Of a stretch of 64,000 bases of DNA, positions 18,035-27,670 are shown piece after piece. The translations under genes and the position numbers were made by a program. This DNA is from Candidatus Poribacteria bacterium (GTDB taxonomy: Bacteria > Poribacteria > WGA-4E > PCPOR2b). The notes beneath the pieces were generated by a model. That model was not told where the DNA came from and did no database searches. It saw only the letters and a program-made list of their open reading frames with translations. The stretch covers positions 77,796 through 141,795 of the forward strand of contig PYIZ01000029.1 in assembly GCA_003635265.1 (NCBI GenBank), given 5' to 3'. Position 1 is the stretch's first letter; every line of letters starts with the position of its first letter.

Positions 18035-19147
18035 CTAAAAACGCGCCAACCGAAATGGGCTGATGTCAAAACCTGTTTTACCCTCAAGCCCCATTTCCGA
18101 AAGTATACGTCCGACAAGGCTAGCGAACTTGAAACCGTGCCCGGAGAACCCAGTTGCTAAGACAAGATTTGTGCAATCTGGATGTGTGTCGATAATGAAA
18201 TCCTCGTCGGGCGTTTCTGTGTAAAGACAAACCTGTGCGAAAAGTGCTTCACCGGCAGCATCGGGGATGCGTTCACGCAGAAAAGAACGGATATGCTCGA
18301 TGTATTCAGGGTCAGGTGTCCGATTACACGTATCAGGGGATACCGGCTGCCCCATGCCGTGCCGCGCCATCTTCACGCCTTCACGTCCAAACACGGGGAA
18401 TCCATATAAAACCTGATCCCACGTTACATCGAGGAAAATCGGAAATCTGCCGCGCTGAAACAGACTCGCATCGGTTGGTCGATAATACACAACCTGTTGC
18501 CGTGTTACGGTCAACGGGAGATTTAGTTCACTGAGAATCTGTCCGCTCCACGCCCCCGCAGTCACAATTACTTTTTTCCCTCGAAAGTGTTCACCCTCTG
18601 TAATTACTTCGGGATATGTCCCCTGCCAGTTAATCTCTATTACCGGCGTATTCTCCCGCACCTCCGCCCCGTGCGCTTCGGCGAGTTGCAGATAGGTCAG
18701 GACACAGGTTGAAGCCGGCAGAAAACCGGTATCTTTCTGCCACAAAACTTCCACACCGTCTCCAATCCTGAATTGTGGAAAACGATTTGCCAGTTCCCGT
18801 TGGTCCCACCATTCGGATTCAACGCCGGCAGCATCAAGGCTCACACGCATGTCGTGGAGATAATCGTGTCCGTCCGGTCCAATTATCACGCTGCCGGTTG
18901 TGAACAGCAGATCCTTCCCCGATTCCTTTTCCACTTCCCGCCATTCTGCATAGGCGTACTTCATCAATTCTGTGTAGAACTGCTTCTCGTAGATCAGGCG
19001 GATGATACGGTTGTCTCCGTGAGAACTGCCGAAAGTATGTCCGCGGGAAAACTGTTCTAGCACCAACGTGTTTGCCCCCGCCTTAGCGAGGTTATAGGCT
19101 GTCGCGCTTCCCATTACCCCTGCCCCAATCACAATGGCGTCATACAT
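18035..19147 (-). CDS. Monomeric sarcosine oxidase / N-methyltryptophan oxidase family FAD oxidoreductase
   Basis: ORF 18035..19147. MYDAIVIGAGVMGSATAYNLAKAG dinucleotide fold and a C-terminal ATGFSGHGFKF motif. Confidence 0.8.
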   Translation of the reverse strand: MYDAIVIGAGVMGSATAYNLAKAGANTLVLEQFSRGHTFGSSHGDNRIIRLIYEKQFYTELMKYAYAEWREVEKESGKDLLFTTGSVIIGPDGHDYLHDMRVSLDAAGVESEWWDQRELANRFPQFRIGDGVEVLWQKDTGFLPASTCVLTYLQLAEAHGAEVRENTPVIEINWQGTYPEVITEGEHFRGKKVIVTAGAWSGQILSELNLPLTVTRQQVVYYRPTDASLFQRGRFPIFLDVTWDQVLYGFPVFGREGVKMARHGMGQPVSPDTCNRTPDPEYIEHIRSFLRERIPDAAGEALFAQVCLYTETPDEDFIIDTHPDCTNLVLATGFSGHGFKFASLVGRILSEMGLEGKTGFDISPFRLARF

Positions 19148-19166
19148 TTTTTGTGTCTCCTGTCAG

Positions 19167-19925
19167 TTACTGCATCGGGAACGGTTTGGGGAGTTCATCA
19201 AAATTCTTCTCTCTGTTTTCGCCGCGCAACAAAATCGCTGACCAGTTGCGACCCAATGAGTTCCTTTCAACCTGCTTAACCCACGGTGGAACGTAGCGAA
19301 CTGTCAACCCACACCGCCGCCGTGTGGATTGATTGGGCAAACTTCCATGAATCAATGTGCCGTGATGGATTGAGATTTCGCCCGCTTTCAAAATCAGATC
19401 TACGGCGTTTTGGTCTTCATCCTCGCTGACCGGTACTTCCTGGTCGATGCTTAACAGGTTGCCTTCCTGCCCAGATTTCCCGTGATCCCGAATACCGGGA
19501 CGATGGGTGCCGGGAATCACACGCATACAACCGTTCTCGCAGTCGCTGTCGTCAATTGCATACCACGCGGTAATCGCTTCGGGCGGCTCAAGTCCCCAAT
19601 AGGTTACATCCTGATGCCATGCCACAAACTTTTTTTCGTCAGGACCATATTTGCAAAAGAAGTGCGACGATATCATCATAACATCGGGTCCTATCAGGGC
19701 TTCGATACAGTCGAGAATCTTCGGATGGGTTGCAATTTCCCAGATGAATTCTTCCTCAAGATGCCGGTCAACTAACCCGATCGCGCACTCCTCGCGTCCC
19801 AATCTGGCTTCCAATTCGTTGAACAGTGCCCGGTGTTGGGTGGCTTCCGTCTCATCCGAAATTTGAACTTTTGGAACGAAGCCTTCTGTTTCATAAGCCT
19901 TGATTTGTCCTTCGGTGAGGGACAT
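19167..19925 (-). CDS. Phytanoyl-CoA dioxygenase (PhyH) family oxygenase
   Basis: ORF 19167..19925. WHQDVTYW (HxD) and TLIHGSLPNQSTRRR. Confidence 0.82.
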   Translation of the reverse strand: MSLTEGQIKAYETEGFVPKVQISDETEATQHRALFNELEARLGREECAIGLVDRHLEEEFIWEIATHPKILDCIEALIGPDVMMISSHFFCKYGPDEKKFVAWHQDVTYWGLEPPEAITAWYAIDDSDCENGCMRVIPGTHRPGIRDHGKSGQEGNLLSIDQEVPVSEDEDQNAVDLILKAGEISIHHGTLIHGSLPNQSTRRRCGLTVRYVPPWVKQVERNSLGRNWSAILLRGENREKNFDELPKPFPMQ

Positions 19926-19945
19926 TTATCGCTCCTTTCGTGCAT

Positions 19946-20842
19946 CTAGCCGCGATCTGGTACACGCCATTGGGCGTACCAGCGAGAATCCTGCGACGGT
20001 CCATCATCATCGCTCCAGCGGCTTTGCATACTTTCAAAGTCCTTCAGTCGTGGACGCACATCGCGTTCCCAGATCTCTTCAATTTGATCGAAGGTGAGCG
20101 GCTGACGCGTAGCTGTCGATTCAGCGTAGGTGTTGAGCAGTTCTTTTGCTTTGGTATCAAGCCACTGAACCTCGTCAGTCACCATTCGCTCACCAACTTG
20201 GCGATCCGATTCGTGTGCGGTCGGTCCCATGGCAAAGTGGGGACCCGGCGCATCTTGCGCCGGTAGGCGTGAGACATCAACGCAATCTGGCTCTAATGCC
20301 CAGAGCAGCGAGGTCTCGACCTTACCAGCATGATCGCCTCCGCTATTGCCATCGCTATCGAAGCCGGGCTGATTCGCCTCAAAATCGGGTAGACCGTACA
20401 TCCGCATGCTAAAATGTGGTTGGATGATTTCAAGCAAAGTTTTAAGATCTTTCCAGTTGGGACCGTAGTGTCCCGTCAAAAGAATGGCAGCATGAAATCC
20501 CAAGGCATCGGCTGCCCGGACGTGGTAGCAGATATTCTTGAAATGCATCCATGCGGGCATCGCGGTGAGCCACGGACGTACCTCTCCGACAGTTCGATTT
20601 CCCCAAAGTGCATAACCGCCATGTTCGTGGATATGCCAGTAATCGGGCGGGGCAACAATACCGCCATGTTCATGGGCTGTTCGGCACGCGATTGCATGTG
20701 CTTTCAAAGCGTCAAGCCCGACCGCGTTCTGGGGACCGTGGGGTTCACACAAGCCGTAGCAGAAATAGACGACAGGACATTCCTCTAACGCGGCTTCTAG
20801 TTCATCGGGGAACATCCGTTCCCAGCGCACTTCTCTTTTCAT
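19946..20842 (-). CDS. Creatininase (creatinine amidohydrolase) family protein
   Basis: ORF 19946..20911. AAGGA lies 8 nt upstream of ATG 20840-20842, favouring the MKREVRWERMFPDELE start. The YGLCEPHGPQNAVGLD and LLTGHYGPN patterns resemble the family. Confidence 0.65.
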   Translation of the reverse strand: MKREVRWERMFPDELEAALEECPVVYFCYGLCEPHGPQNAVGLDALKAHAIACRTAHEHGGIVAPPDYWHIHEHGGYALWGNRTVGEVRPWLTAMPAWMHFKNICYHVRAADALGFHAAILLTGHYGPNWKDLKTLLEIIQPHFSMRMYGLPDFEANQPGFDSDGNSGGDHAGKVETSLLWALEPDCVDVSRLPAQDAPGPHFAMGPTAHESDRQVGERMVTDEVQWLDTKAKELLNTYAESTATRQPLTFDQIEEIWERDVRPRLKDFESMQSRWSDDDGPSQDSRWYAQWRVPDRG

Positions 20843-20884
20843 CCTGATTTCCTTTTGTGTCGTATGATTCCGTGTGGCACTCAC

Positions 20885-20913
20885 GATATAATGTTGTATC
20901 ATTGTTGCCACAA
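20885..20913 (-). promoter_or_regulatory. Weak candidate sigma70 promoter for the creatininase-PhyH-oxidase operon
   Basis: Minus strand: TTGTGG (20908-20913), 17-nt spacer, TATATC (20885-20890). It would place the transcription start inside the longer ORF-track start, supporting ATG 20842. Confidence 0.3.
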
Positions 20914-21122
20914 TCTTTTCAGATTCAATTCCTGTTTACTGTGTTTAATCTAAGCAGTTTCGCAAGGATTCTGCTCTACTTCGACAGAACTGAATTATGG
21001 CATCTTAATTGCGTATATTTAGACAGACCTTTGCCAAGCAAGATTTTATGATAGCTTCATACATCTGTCAATCACAATATATGGCAGGCGGAACACGGAC
21101 TTAACAGATTTTGATTTTTCGC

Positions 21123-21151
21123 TTGGCAGTGGGTATGTCCTATGATATACT
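21123..21151 (+). promoter_or_regulatory. Sigma70 promoter with extended -10 for the Tyr-rich lipoprotein / OMP pair
   Basis: TTGGCA (21123-21128), 17-nt spacer, TGaTATACT (-10 at 21146-21151). About 50 nt upstream of ATG 21205. Confidence 0.6.
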
Positions 21152-21204
21152 CAACATATCTTGCTGAATCAATCTACAAACAATTTGCGAAAGGAAGAAT
21201 AACC

Positions 21205-21813
21205 ATGGACAGACTCGTTCTCTCTGTCACACCCCTGCTGGCAGTAATTGCCCTCGCAGGGTGTTACACGCAGGTTGGTTACTATGAGCCACGTCATTCA
21301 ACCCGACAAACCTCCTATCATCATCAAGATGAGCACCAACGCAAAGATGGGGACGAAAAGGTGGAATCCGAGGAGAAAGCGCAAAAGGAAGTTGAAGACG
21401 AAGGGTACTACGGCCGTCGCAAGCCGAGCTACGGTTATTCTGGCCGTTATTCTCGATCTTACTACTACGGCGATTACTCCTATCCCGTCTATCCATACTA
21501 CTACGGTGGCTATCATCCCCTCTATCCCTATTACAGATATTCCTACCCATATTATTCATCTTATGGATATTATCACTATTATGGAGGTTATAGGTATCGT
21601 CCTTATCGATATGGGTACTCAAAGCCGCGCTCCAAAATTAGTGATTTAAATTTCGGGAAACGACGTTCGCAAAGCTATCGGGGGATCAGATCCCGCAATC
21701 CATCTTCAAGTCGTCCAGATAGGTCATTGAGGAGGAATGAAGAGAGTAAGTCTCCCTCTTCTAGTTCGTCTGAATCGCGGCGCGACAGATCTCGAAGATC
21801 CAGAAGGAGGTAA
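21205..21813 (+). CDS. Lipoprotein with an extreme Tyr-rich low-complexity core and an Arg/Ser-rich tail
   Basis: ORF 21142..21813. The start is moved to MDRLVLSVTPLLAVIALAGC (lipobox LAGC) behind AAGGAAG. By my count, 32 Tyr fall in the 75-residue stretch EGYYGRR...YRYGYSK (21400-21624). The tail is SSSSSESRRDRSRRSRRR. Confidence 0.7.
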   Translation: MDRLVLSVTPLLAVIALAGCYTQVGYYEPRHSTRQTSYHHQDEHQRKDGDEKVESEEKAQKEVEDEGYYGRRKPSYGYSGRYSRSYYYGDYSYPVYPYYYGGYHPLYPYYRYSYPYYSSYGYYHYYGGYRYRPYRYGYSKPRSKISDLNFGKRRSQSYRGIRSRNPSSSRPDRSLRRNEESKSPSSSSSESRRDRSRRSRRR

Positions 21814-21820
21814 CGGTCCA

Positions 21821-23107
21821 ATGACAAGATTGATGAAAACCACCATTGCTTTGGCATTGATGTTCGTCTGTTTTGTGTTTGGGAGTAGCATCGGAGTTGC
21901 ACAGGATGAGGAAATTGCCATCGGTAATACCTTTGGCCTTGGTGCAAGGACGATGGGAATGGGTGGGGCATTTCTCGCTGTTGCTGATGATTTCACGACA
22001 CTTTACTGGAACCCGGCGGGGCTCGCTCAAATTAGAAAGTTTGAATTGTTTGGCAGCCTGTCACACAGCGAGCTAGATTCAGAAACAGAATTCACTCGCG
22101 GTCGTGCTGCCGAAGCCGACAATTCAAAAACTCGTCCTAACTCAATAGGTCTCGTCTATCCTTTATACGCGAATCGTGGAGGCTTTGCGTTTGCGCTTGG
22201 ATATAATCGTCCTCAGAATTTTGATTCGGAGGTTGCCATTCAGGGACTGGACCCATCTTCTGGTTCAGTGTTTAGTGGCTTTGATGTGGATGAAACAACC
22301 TCTAACAATGGTGGTATGGGTATCTGGAGTTTTGGGATGGGTGTCTTTATATCAAAAAATATCTTGCTTGGTGGCTCAATAGATTTTTGGCAGGGTTCAA
22401 GTTTCAACGAGTTAAATAGCGCGGCAGAAGACATCAATAACATTGACCCAGAATTAGCAAGTTTTGCTTTTCACGACACTGTGGACCGAGACTATTCAGG
22501 GCTCAGTGGTCGGGTAGGCGTGCTTGCTTTCGCTGGGGAAAATGTAACACTCGGTGGGACTATTACACTACCAGCAGACCTTGAGGTTCACGAGGTCTGG
22601 GAACAGCAAACGATAGTGCAATTTGATGACGGTGAAGAGGATATGGAGAGTGATGCTGGATCAATCTTATACGATATTGAACGCCCGTTTGAGTTTGGTG
22701 GAGGTGTTGCTGTCAAGTTCTTAGAGAAGCGTTTGACGCTTGCCGGTGATATACAGTTTACAGACTGGACGCAGACCGAATATGACCCGCTACCAGCAGA
22801 AGATTCACAGAATAACTTCAGTCGGTATTATGACAGTACTATGCAGGTTCGCCTCGGTGCAGAGTATCGCATACCGCGAATCGAAGCCAGTGTACGCGTC
22901 GGTTACTTCCGTGATCCAATTCCGTTTCAAGATAGAGATATAGACAATGATCGAGACTTTTTGACACTTGGGGTAGGCAAGATTTTCGACCAGATTATTA
23001 AAATTGACGTTGCCTTCATGCGAGGTTCATGGGAACAATCAGGCAATTCACTCTCAGAAAGTCAAACCTCCAACCGGGTGTTTGTGTCTGCGGGCTATCG
23101 ATATTAA
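21821..23107 (+). CDS. Outer-membrane beta-barrel protein (FadL/PorV-like)
   Basis: ORF 21737..23107. The start is moved to MTRLMKTTIALALMFVCFVFGSSIGVAQ (signal peptide). AAGGAGG at 21804-21810 lies inside the end of the upstream gene. Contains the GARTMGMGGAFLAVADDFTTLYWNPAGLA motif, and the aromatic C-terminus ...FVSAGYRY is typical of OM barrels. Confidence 0.65.
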   Translation: MTRLMKTTIALALMFVCFVFGSSIGVAQDEEIAIGNTFGLGARTMGMGGAFLAVADDFTTLYWNPAGLAQIRKFELFGSLSHSELDSETEFTRGRAAEADNSKTRPNSIGLVYPLYANRGGFAFALGYNRPQNFDSEVAIQGLDPSSGSVFSGFDVDETTSNNGGMGIWSFGMGVFISKNILLGGSIDFWQGSSFNELNSAAEDINNIDPELASFAFHDTVDRDYSGLSGRVGVLAFAGENVTLGGTITLPADLEVHEVWEQQTIVQFDDGEEDMESDAGSILYDIERPFEFGGGVAVKFLEKRLTLAGDIQFTDWTQTEYDPLPAEDSQNNFSRYYDSTMQVRLGAEYRIPRIEASVRVGYFRDPIPFQDRDIDNDRDFLTLGVGKIFDQIIKIDVAFMRGSWEQSGNSLSESQTSNRVFVSAGYRY

Positions 23108-23173
23108 AGGTTGTGATGACGAAGGACAATTGAACCGCTCAATTTGGTTTTTGGTATAACTTGAGCAAGGTAT

Positions 23174-23210
23174 AAAAAAAGGCGTTGACTGAGCATCAAC
23201 GCCTTTTTTT
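23174..23210. terminator. Bidirectional rho-independent terminator
   Basis: AAAAAAA-GGCGTTGA-ctgagca-TCAACGCC-TTTTTTT. It sits between the convergent OMP gene (+) and rplQ (-). Confidence 0.85.
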
Positions 23211-23231
23211 ATGATCCTATGGATATCTGCA

Positions 23232-23585
23232 CTATTCTACCAATTGGATATACGCCATCTGAGCGGCGTCGCTACGCCTCAGTTCACCTCTAATGATACG
23301 GGTATATCCACCACTACGGTCTTGATAACGGGGTCCAAGATCGTCGAACAATTTTTGCAAAACTTCGTGGTCGTGGATAACCTTGGCAGCCTGACGGCGC
23401 GCATGTAAGTCGCCTCGTTTAGCGAGTGTAATCAGTTTTTCAGCGGTCCGCCTAAGTTCTTTGCACTTTGGCAAGGTTGTGCGAATCTGTTCGTGCTCGA
23501 ATAATGCGGTGGCTTGGTTGCTAAACAACGCCTTGCGATGTCCGCTTGTTCTACCAAGTTTCCTTCCCATTTTCCGGTGACGCAT
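23232..23585 (-). CDS. rplQ: 50S ribosomal protein L17
   Basis: ORF 23232..23585. [20 protein letters not shown]... Confidence 0.95.
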   Translation of the reverse strand: MRHRKMGRKLGRTSGHRKALFSNQATALFEHEQIRTTLPKCKELRRTAEKLITLAKRGDLHARRQAAKVIHDHEVLQKLFDDLGPRYQDRSGGYTRIIRGELRRSDAAQMAYIQLVE

Positions 23586-23599
23586 GACTATTCATCCTC

Positions 23600-23615
23600 C
23601 CCGATAGATCGGGAT
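23600..23615. repeat. CCCGAT-NN-ATCGGG palindrome, copy 2 of 3
   Basis: CCCGATAGATCGGGAT lies in the rpoA-rplQ spacer, abutting the rplQ RBS. Confidence 0.8.
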
Positions 23616-23639
23616 TTTCAACATTATATTTTGGGCAAC

Positions 23640-24605
23640 TCAATTATCATTGCCAAGTGTCATCCCTAAAGAAAGGCCCATCTCCGAAAGGATATCCTTA
23701 ATCTCATTGAGGGATTTTCTGCCGAAATTCCGAAATTTCAACATCTCTTGTTCAGTCTTAACCACCAGGTCTCGGATGGTTGTGATCTTCGCAGCTTCCA
23801 GACAATTGGAGGATCGGACTGAAAGTTCAAGTTCCGCAACAGGCTTCGATAGCCATTTCTCACGCTGCAGTTCTTCTTCGTCAATTTCCTCGACTGGTTC
23901 GACGTAGGTTTCATCGAAATCGCTAAAGAGCCTAAATTGATCTAGCAGAATGTCCGAAGCTTGTGTAACCGCTTCTTTCGCAGTGATACTGGCATCTGTC
24001 CACACTTCTAGGATAAGCCTGTCATAGTTAGTCATGTGTCCAACCCGTGTCTCTTCAACCACGAAATTGACTTTTCTGACTGGCGAAAACTTGGAATCGA
24101 CCGGGATAACTCCGATCTGTTGATTATAGTTCAGATGTTCCTCCCCGAACTCATATCCTCTGCTTCGACAAACTTGGATCTCCATATTCAAACCATCGCA
24201 CTGATCGAGCGTTGCGATATGTTGGTCCGGGTTGATGATCTCAACCTGTCCATTCGGTTGAATATCTGCTGCTGTAATGTTACCGGAGCCTTCTGCAGAT
24301 AAAACCAAGGTGATAACCTCATCCGTGTCAATTCGGAGTCGAATTTCTTTAAGGTTAAGCAGAACCTGAGTGACATCCTCCTTCATCCCATCAAGTGTCG
24401 AGAACTCATGCTTCACTCCATCAATAGCAACCGCAATAACAGCCGCGCCTTGAATCGAGGAAAGCAAAACGCGTCGAAGCGAGTTACCAATAGTCATTCC
24501 AAATCCTCGCTCAAGCGGTTCGGCGATAAATTTCCCATAATCAGGCCGCAGGTTATCAAGGTCGGTAACGAGGTGGTTTGGCTTGGTGATTTCCCTCCCT
24601 GTCAT
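23640..24605 (-). CDS. rpoA: DNA-directed RNA polymerase subunit alpha
   Basis: ORF 23640..24605. [12 protein letters not shown] and the C-terminal domain [11 protein letters not shown]. Confidence 0.95.
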   Translation of the reverse strand: MTGREITKPNHLVTDLDNLRPDYGKFIAEPLERGFGMTIGNSLRRVLLSSIQGAAVIAVAIDGVKHEFSTLDGMKEDVTQVLLNLKEIRLRIDTDEVITLVLSAEGSGNITAADIQPNGQVEIINPDQHIATLDQCDGLNMEIQVCRSRGYEFGEEHLNYNQQIGVIPVDSKFSPVRKVNFVVEETRVGHMTNYDRLILEVWTDASITAKEAVTQASDILLDQFRLFSDFDETYVEPVEEIDEEELQREKWLSKPVAELELSVRSSNCLEAAKITTIRDLVVKTEQEMLKFRNFGRKSLNEIKDILSEMGLSLGMTLGNDN

Positions 24606-24633
24606 CTATCTTATCCTCCTACAAGTGGCTGTG

Positions 24634-25260
24634 TTATTTGGAGTAAAGTTCAACGATTAACTGTGTTTGGAGGTCTGTGGCAAGTTGCTCGACGTTTGGA
24701 AACATCCTAACAACTCCCTCTTGTTTGTCGATATCCAACTCAAGCCAATCTGGTGTACCCCGGTGTTGAGAACGTTCTAATGCCTCTTGAATAACTGCCA
24801 CGTTACGACTTTTCTCGCGCGTTTGAATAACATCGCCAGGTTGTATCAGGTAAGAGGGAACATTGACTCTTTTTCCGTTCACAACAAAATGGTTATGTGT
24901 AACAAGTTGTCGAGCCTGCAAGCGTGAGTTAGCAAAACCGAGACGATAAATCACGTTGTCCAACCGGCGCTCCAATAATGTTAGTAAATTCTCTCTCACA
25001 ACACCTTTCTGATGTGCGGCTTTTGTATAGTAGTTCTTAAACGGCTTTTCTAAGATGCTATAGATGCGCTTCGATTTCTGCTTGGTGCGTAATTGGCGTC
25101 CGTAATCTTTGACTTTGGGCAGTTTTTGGCCATGTTGACCGGGTGGATAACTACGACGCTCAAATGAACACTTCGGGGAATCGCAGCGTTGTCCCTTCAA
25201 AAAAAGTTTTTCACCTTCTCTTCGACATAACTTACATACAGAACCTAAATATTTGCTCAT
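24634..25260 (-). CDS. rpsD: 30S ribosomal protein S4 (Cys4 zinc-finger form)
   Basis: ORF 24634..25260. [31 protein letters not shown]. Confidence 0.95.
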   Translation of the reverse strand: MSKYLGSVCKLCRREGEKLFLKGQRCDSPKCSFERRSYPPGQHGQKLPKVKDYGRQLRTKQKSKRIYSILEKPFKNYYTKAAHQKGVVRENLLTLLERRLDNVIYRLGFANSRLQARQLVTHNHFVVNGKRVNVPSYLIQPGDVIQTREKSRNVAVIQEALERSQHRGTPDWLELDIDKQEGVVRMFPNVEQLATDLQTQLIVELYSK

Positions 25261-25318
25261 TCTTTTCTGGTTAAATTAGGACCATTTCCCCCTTTCTTAA
25301 AATCCCAATTTGCAAACG

Positions 25319-25711
25319 TTAGACGCGCCGCCGTTTAGGCGGTCGACAACCGTTATGAGGAATTGGGGTTACATCTTTCATTGCGGTAATTTCTAGCCCA
25401 GCTGCTGAGAGAGATCGAATTGCGGACTCTCTGCCAGACCCCGGTCCCTTGACCCGTACCTCAACCCGTTTCATGCCATGCTCCATCGCTTTCCTAGCAC
25501 AAGCTTCCGCAGTTTGTTGGGCGGCAAATGGCGTTGATTTCCGAGAACCGCGAAAGCTGCTACCTGCACTTGCCCAAGCGATTGCATTCCCGTTGAGATC
25601 GGTAATCGTAATAATCGTATTATTAAAGGTTGCTTGGATATGCGCAATTCCTTCAGAAATATTCTTTCTTTCTCTCCTCCTTGGACGGTTGGAGGAACCT
25701 GACTCTCGCAA
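25319..25711 (-). CDS. rpsK: 30S ribosomal protein S11
   Basis: ORF 25319..25711. [18 protein letters not shown]. Confidence 0.95.
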   Translation of the reverse strand: MRESGSSNRPRRRERKNISEGIAHIQATFNNTIITITDLNGNAIAWASAGSSFRGSRKSTPFAAQQTAEACARKAMEHGMKRVEVRVKGPGSGRESAIRSLSAAGLEITAMKDVTPIPHNGCRPPKRRRV

Positions 25712-25749
25712 AACTGATCTCCTTTCTGAAGCTTAATGCACAAGTGGTA

Positions 25750-26145
25750 TTAACCACCCTTACGCGCTGCTTCTTTTGCCTTTCTTCCGACCGAAATAGT
25801 CTTTGCTTTCCCTTTGCGCGTCCGTGCATTAGTGCTCGTCCGCTGCCCCCGTGCCGGTAACTGCCGACGGTGGCGCAACCCACGATAACTATTGATGTCC
25901 ATCAACCGTTTGATATTCAACTCGACTTCACGTCGTAAGTCTCCTTCAACCTTGTAATCTTGGTTAATCGTTTCTCTTAATCGGCTGATTTCGGACTCAT
26001 CAAGATCTTGGGACTTTTTGGCGGGGTCAATATGTAGATCCTCGACCATTTTTGCGGCGGTCTGGCGCCCAATCCCATAAATATAGGTCAGGGCAATATC
26101 GATCCTTTTCGTTCGGGGTAAATCAACACCAGCAATTCTTGCCAT
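25750..26145 (-). CDS. rpsM: 30S ribosomal protein S13
   Basis: ORF 25750..26145. [26 protein letters not shown]. Confidence 0.95.
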   Translation of the reverse strand: MARIAGVDLPRTKRIDIALTYIYGIGRQTAAKMVEDLHIDPAKKSQDLDESEISRLRETINQDYKVEGDLRREVELNIKRLMDINSYRGLRHRRQLPARGQRTSTNARTRKGKAKTISVGRKAKEAARKGG

Positions 26146-26179
26146 GTTTTTCTCCTCCTTGCGCGCTTAGGTAAAATAC

Positions 26180-26296
26180 TTAACCTTGTCTTTGCTTATG
26201 CTTTGGATCCGCAGCGCAGATAACGCGGACAACACCTTTTCTTTTAATAACCTTGCACTGATTACACATTTTTCTTACTGAGGCACGGACTTTCAT
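26180..26296 (-). CDS. rpmJ: 50S ribosomal protein L36 (zinc form)
   Basis: Not in the ORF track because it is too short. Own translation of the minus strand gives [38 protein letters not shown] (38 aa), with ATG at 26294-26296 and stop at 26180-26182. Confidence 0.9.
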   Translation of the reverse strand: MKVRASVRKMCNQCKVIKRKGVVRVICAADPKHKQRQG

Positions 26297-26323
26297 CATC
26301 TCTCCTCCACTGGAAAATGAACC

Positions 26324-27670
26324 CTATCTTGTGCGACGTCCCCTCACACGTCTGTCTTTCAGGAACCCTTCGTAATGCCTCATCGTCAAGTAGGACTCAA
26401 TTTGCGACACTGTATCTAATACGACTCCCACAACGATTAAGACTGAGGCACCACTGATTAACGCGCCAGTGCCTAGCCAACCTTGCAGAAGTAAGGGAAA
26501 CACCGCAATTGCGGCGAGAAATACCGCACCGGGTAAAGTGATTCTGGTTAAGGTATCGTTAATATAATCTGCTGTCCTTTTTCCCGGACGAATGCCCGGA
26601 ATAAATCCACCATACTTCCTCAAATCATCCGCCATTTGCACGGGATTAATCTGAACAGCTGTGTAGAAGTATGTAAAACCGATAATTAGAAGCGCGTAGA
26701 TCACCCAATATAAGGGGCTGGTTGCGCTGAAGGCTGCGAGCAGTCCGCCAATCCATGCCCATGCGGGAAACTGACTTTGCATAAGGCTTAGAACCGTTGA
26801 AGGGAATTGCATTAGGGTAACGGCGAAAATAATTGGAATCATGCCAGCTGCATTGACACGCAGCGGGATATGGGTTGCTTGTCCTCCCATCACCTTACGT
26901 CCGACAACTCGTCGTGCATATTGGACAGGAATTTTGCGGACACAGAAAGTGATGTACACGGTTCCCATAATCGCCACAACTCCCAAGGCGAGGAAGATGA
27001 CCAGCTTTGGAAGGTCAATTTGACGATTAAGGAGTTGGTTGAATATTGTTTGGATTCCACCCGGCATGCCCGAGAGAATGCCGATTGTAATAATTAGGGA
27101 AATGCCTTGACCAATTCCACGTTCCGTAATTTGTTCGCCGAGCCACATAACGAAGGATGTGCCAGCCATCAGGGTAATCATGGTTAGCAGAGTCCACCAG
27201 ATACCCGGATTCGTCACGATTTCAATGCTTTCGCTTCTGATAATGGCTCCCGGCCTTTGCAACATCAGGCTGATCATGACACCCTGAATCGCGCTAAGAA
27301 TAACAGTGGCATAGCGTGTATACTGGGTAATCTTTTTCCGTCCGTCCGGTTCTTTGGAAAGTTTCTCAAGGAAGGGGATAACGACGGTAAGGAGCTGCAT
27401 GACGATCGAAGCACTGATATACGGTTGAATACCAAGCGCAAAAATCGTCATCTGTTTGAATGCACCACCGGAAAAGAGATCAACGAAATCAAGGACGCTT
27501 CCACCGGTGCGGCCTCTTAAGCCATCAAAAAACTTCTCTAATTCGATATCGTCAATGCCGGGGAGTGTGATATGGGCACCCAAGCGATAAACAATTAACA
27601 GTAGCGCTGTAAAGATAATCCGCTGCCGCAATTCTGGAATTTTGAAAGCGTTTTGGAATGCCTTAATCAC
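26324..27670 (-). CDS. secY: Preprotein translocase subunit SecY
   Basis: ORF 26324..27670. Ten-TM pattern and the usual position between rplO and rpmJ. Confidence 0.95.
   Translation of the reverse strand: MIKAFQNAFKIPELRQRIIFTALLLIVYRLGAHITLPGIDDIELEKFFDGLRGRTGGSVLDFVDLFSGGAFKQMTIFALGIQPYISASIVMQLLTVVIPFLEKLSKEPDGRKKITQYTRYATVILSAIQGVMISLMLQRPGAIIRSESIEIVTNPGIWWTLLTMITLMAGTSFVMWLGEQITERGIGQGISLIITIGILSGMPGGIQTIFNQLLNRQIDLPKLVIFLALGVVAIMGTVYITFCVRKIPVQYARRVVGRKVMGGQATHIPLRVNAAGMIPIIFAVTLMQFPSTVLSLMQSQFPAWAWIGGLLAAFSATSPLYWVIYALLIIGFTYFYTAVQINPVQMADDLRKYGGFIPGIRPGKRTADYINDTLTRITLPGAVFLAAIAVFPLLLQGWLGTGALISGASVLIVVGVVLDTVSQIESYLTMRHYEGFLKDRRVRGRRTR

Noticed and set aside
21227-21649. Alternative-frame ORFs (131 aa minus, 133 aa plus, 72 aa minus) across the Tyr-rich region
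   Set aside because: The low-complexity TAC/TAT-rich DNA keeps several frames open. Only the frame starting at 21205 has a promoter, an RBS, a lipobox signal peptide and coupling to the downstream gene.
26146-26323. Search for infA (IF-1) around rpmJ, and for rpmD between rplO and rpsE
   Set aside because: Only the 38-aa L36 frame is open between rpsM and secY. The rplO-rpsE spacer is 197 nt and mostly MITE. Neither gene is present here.
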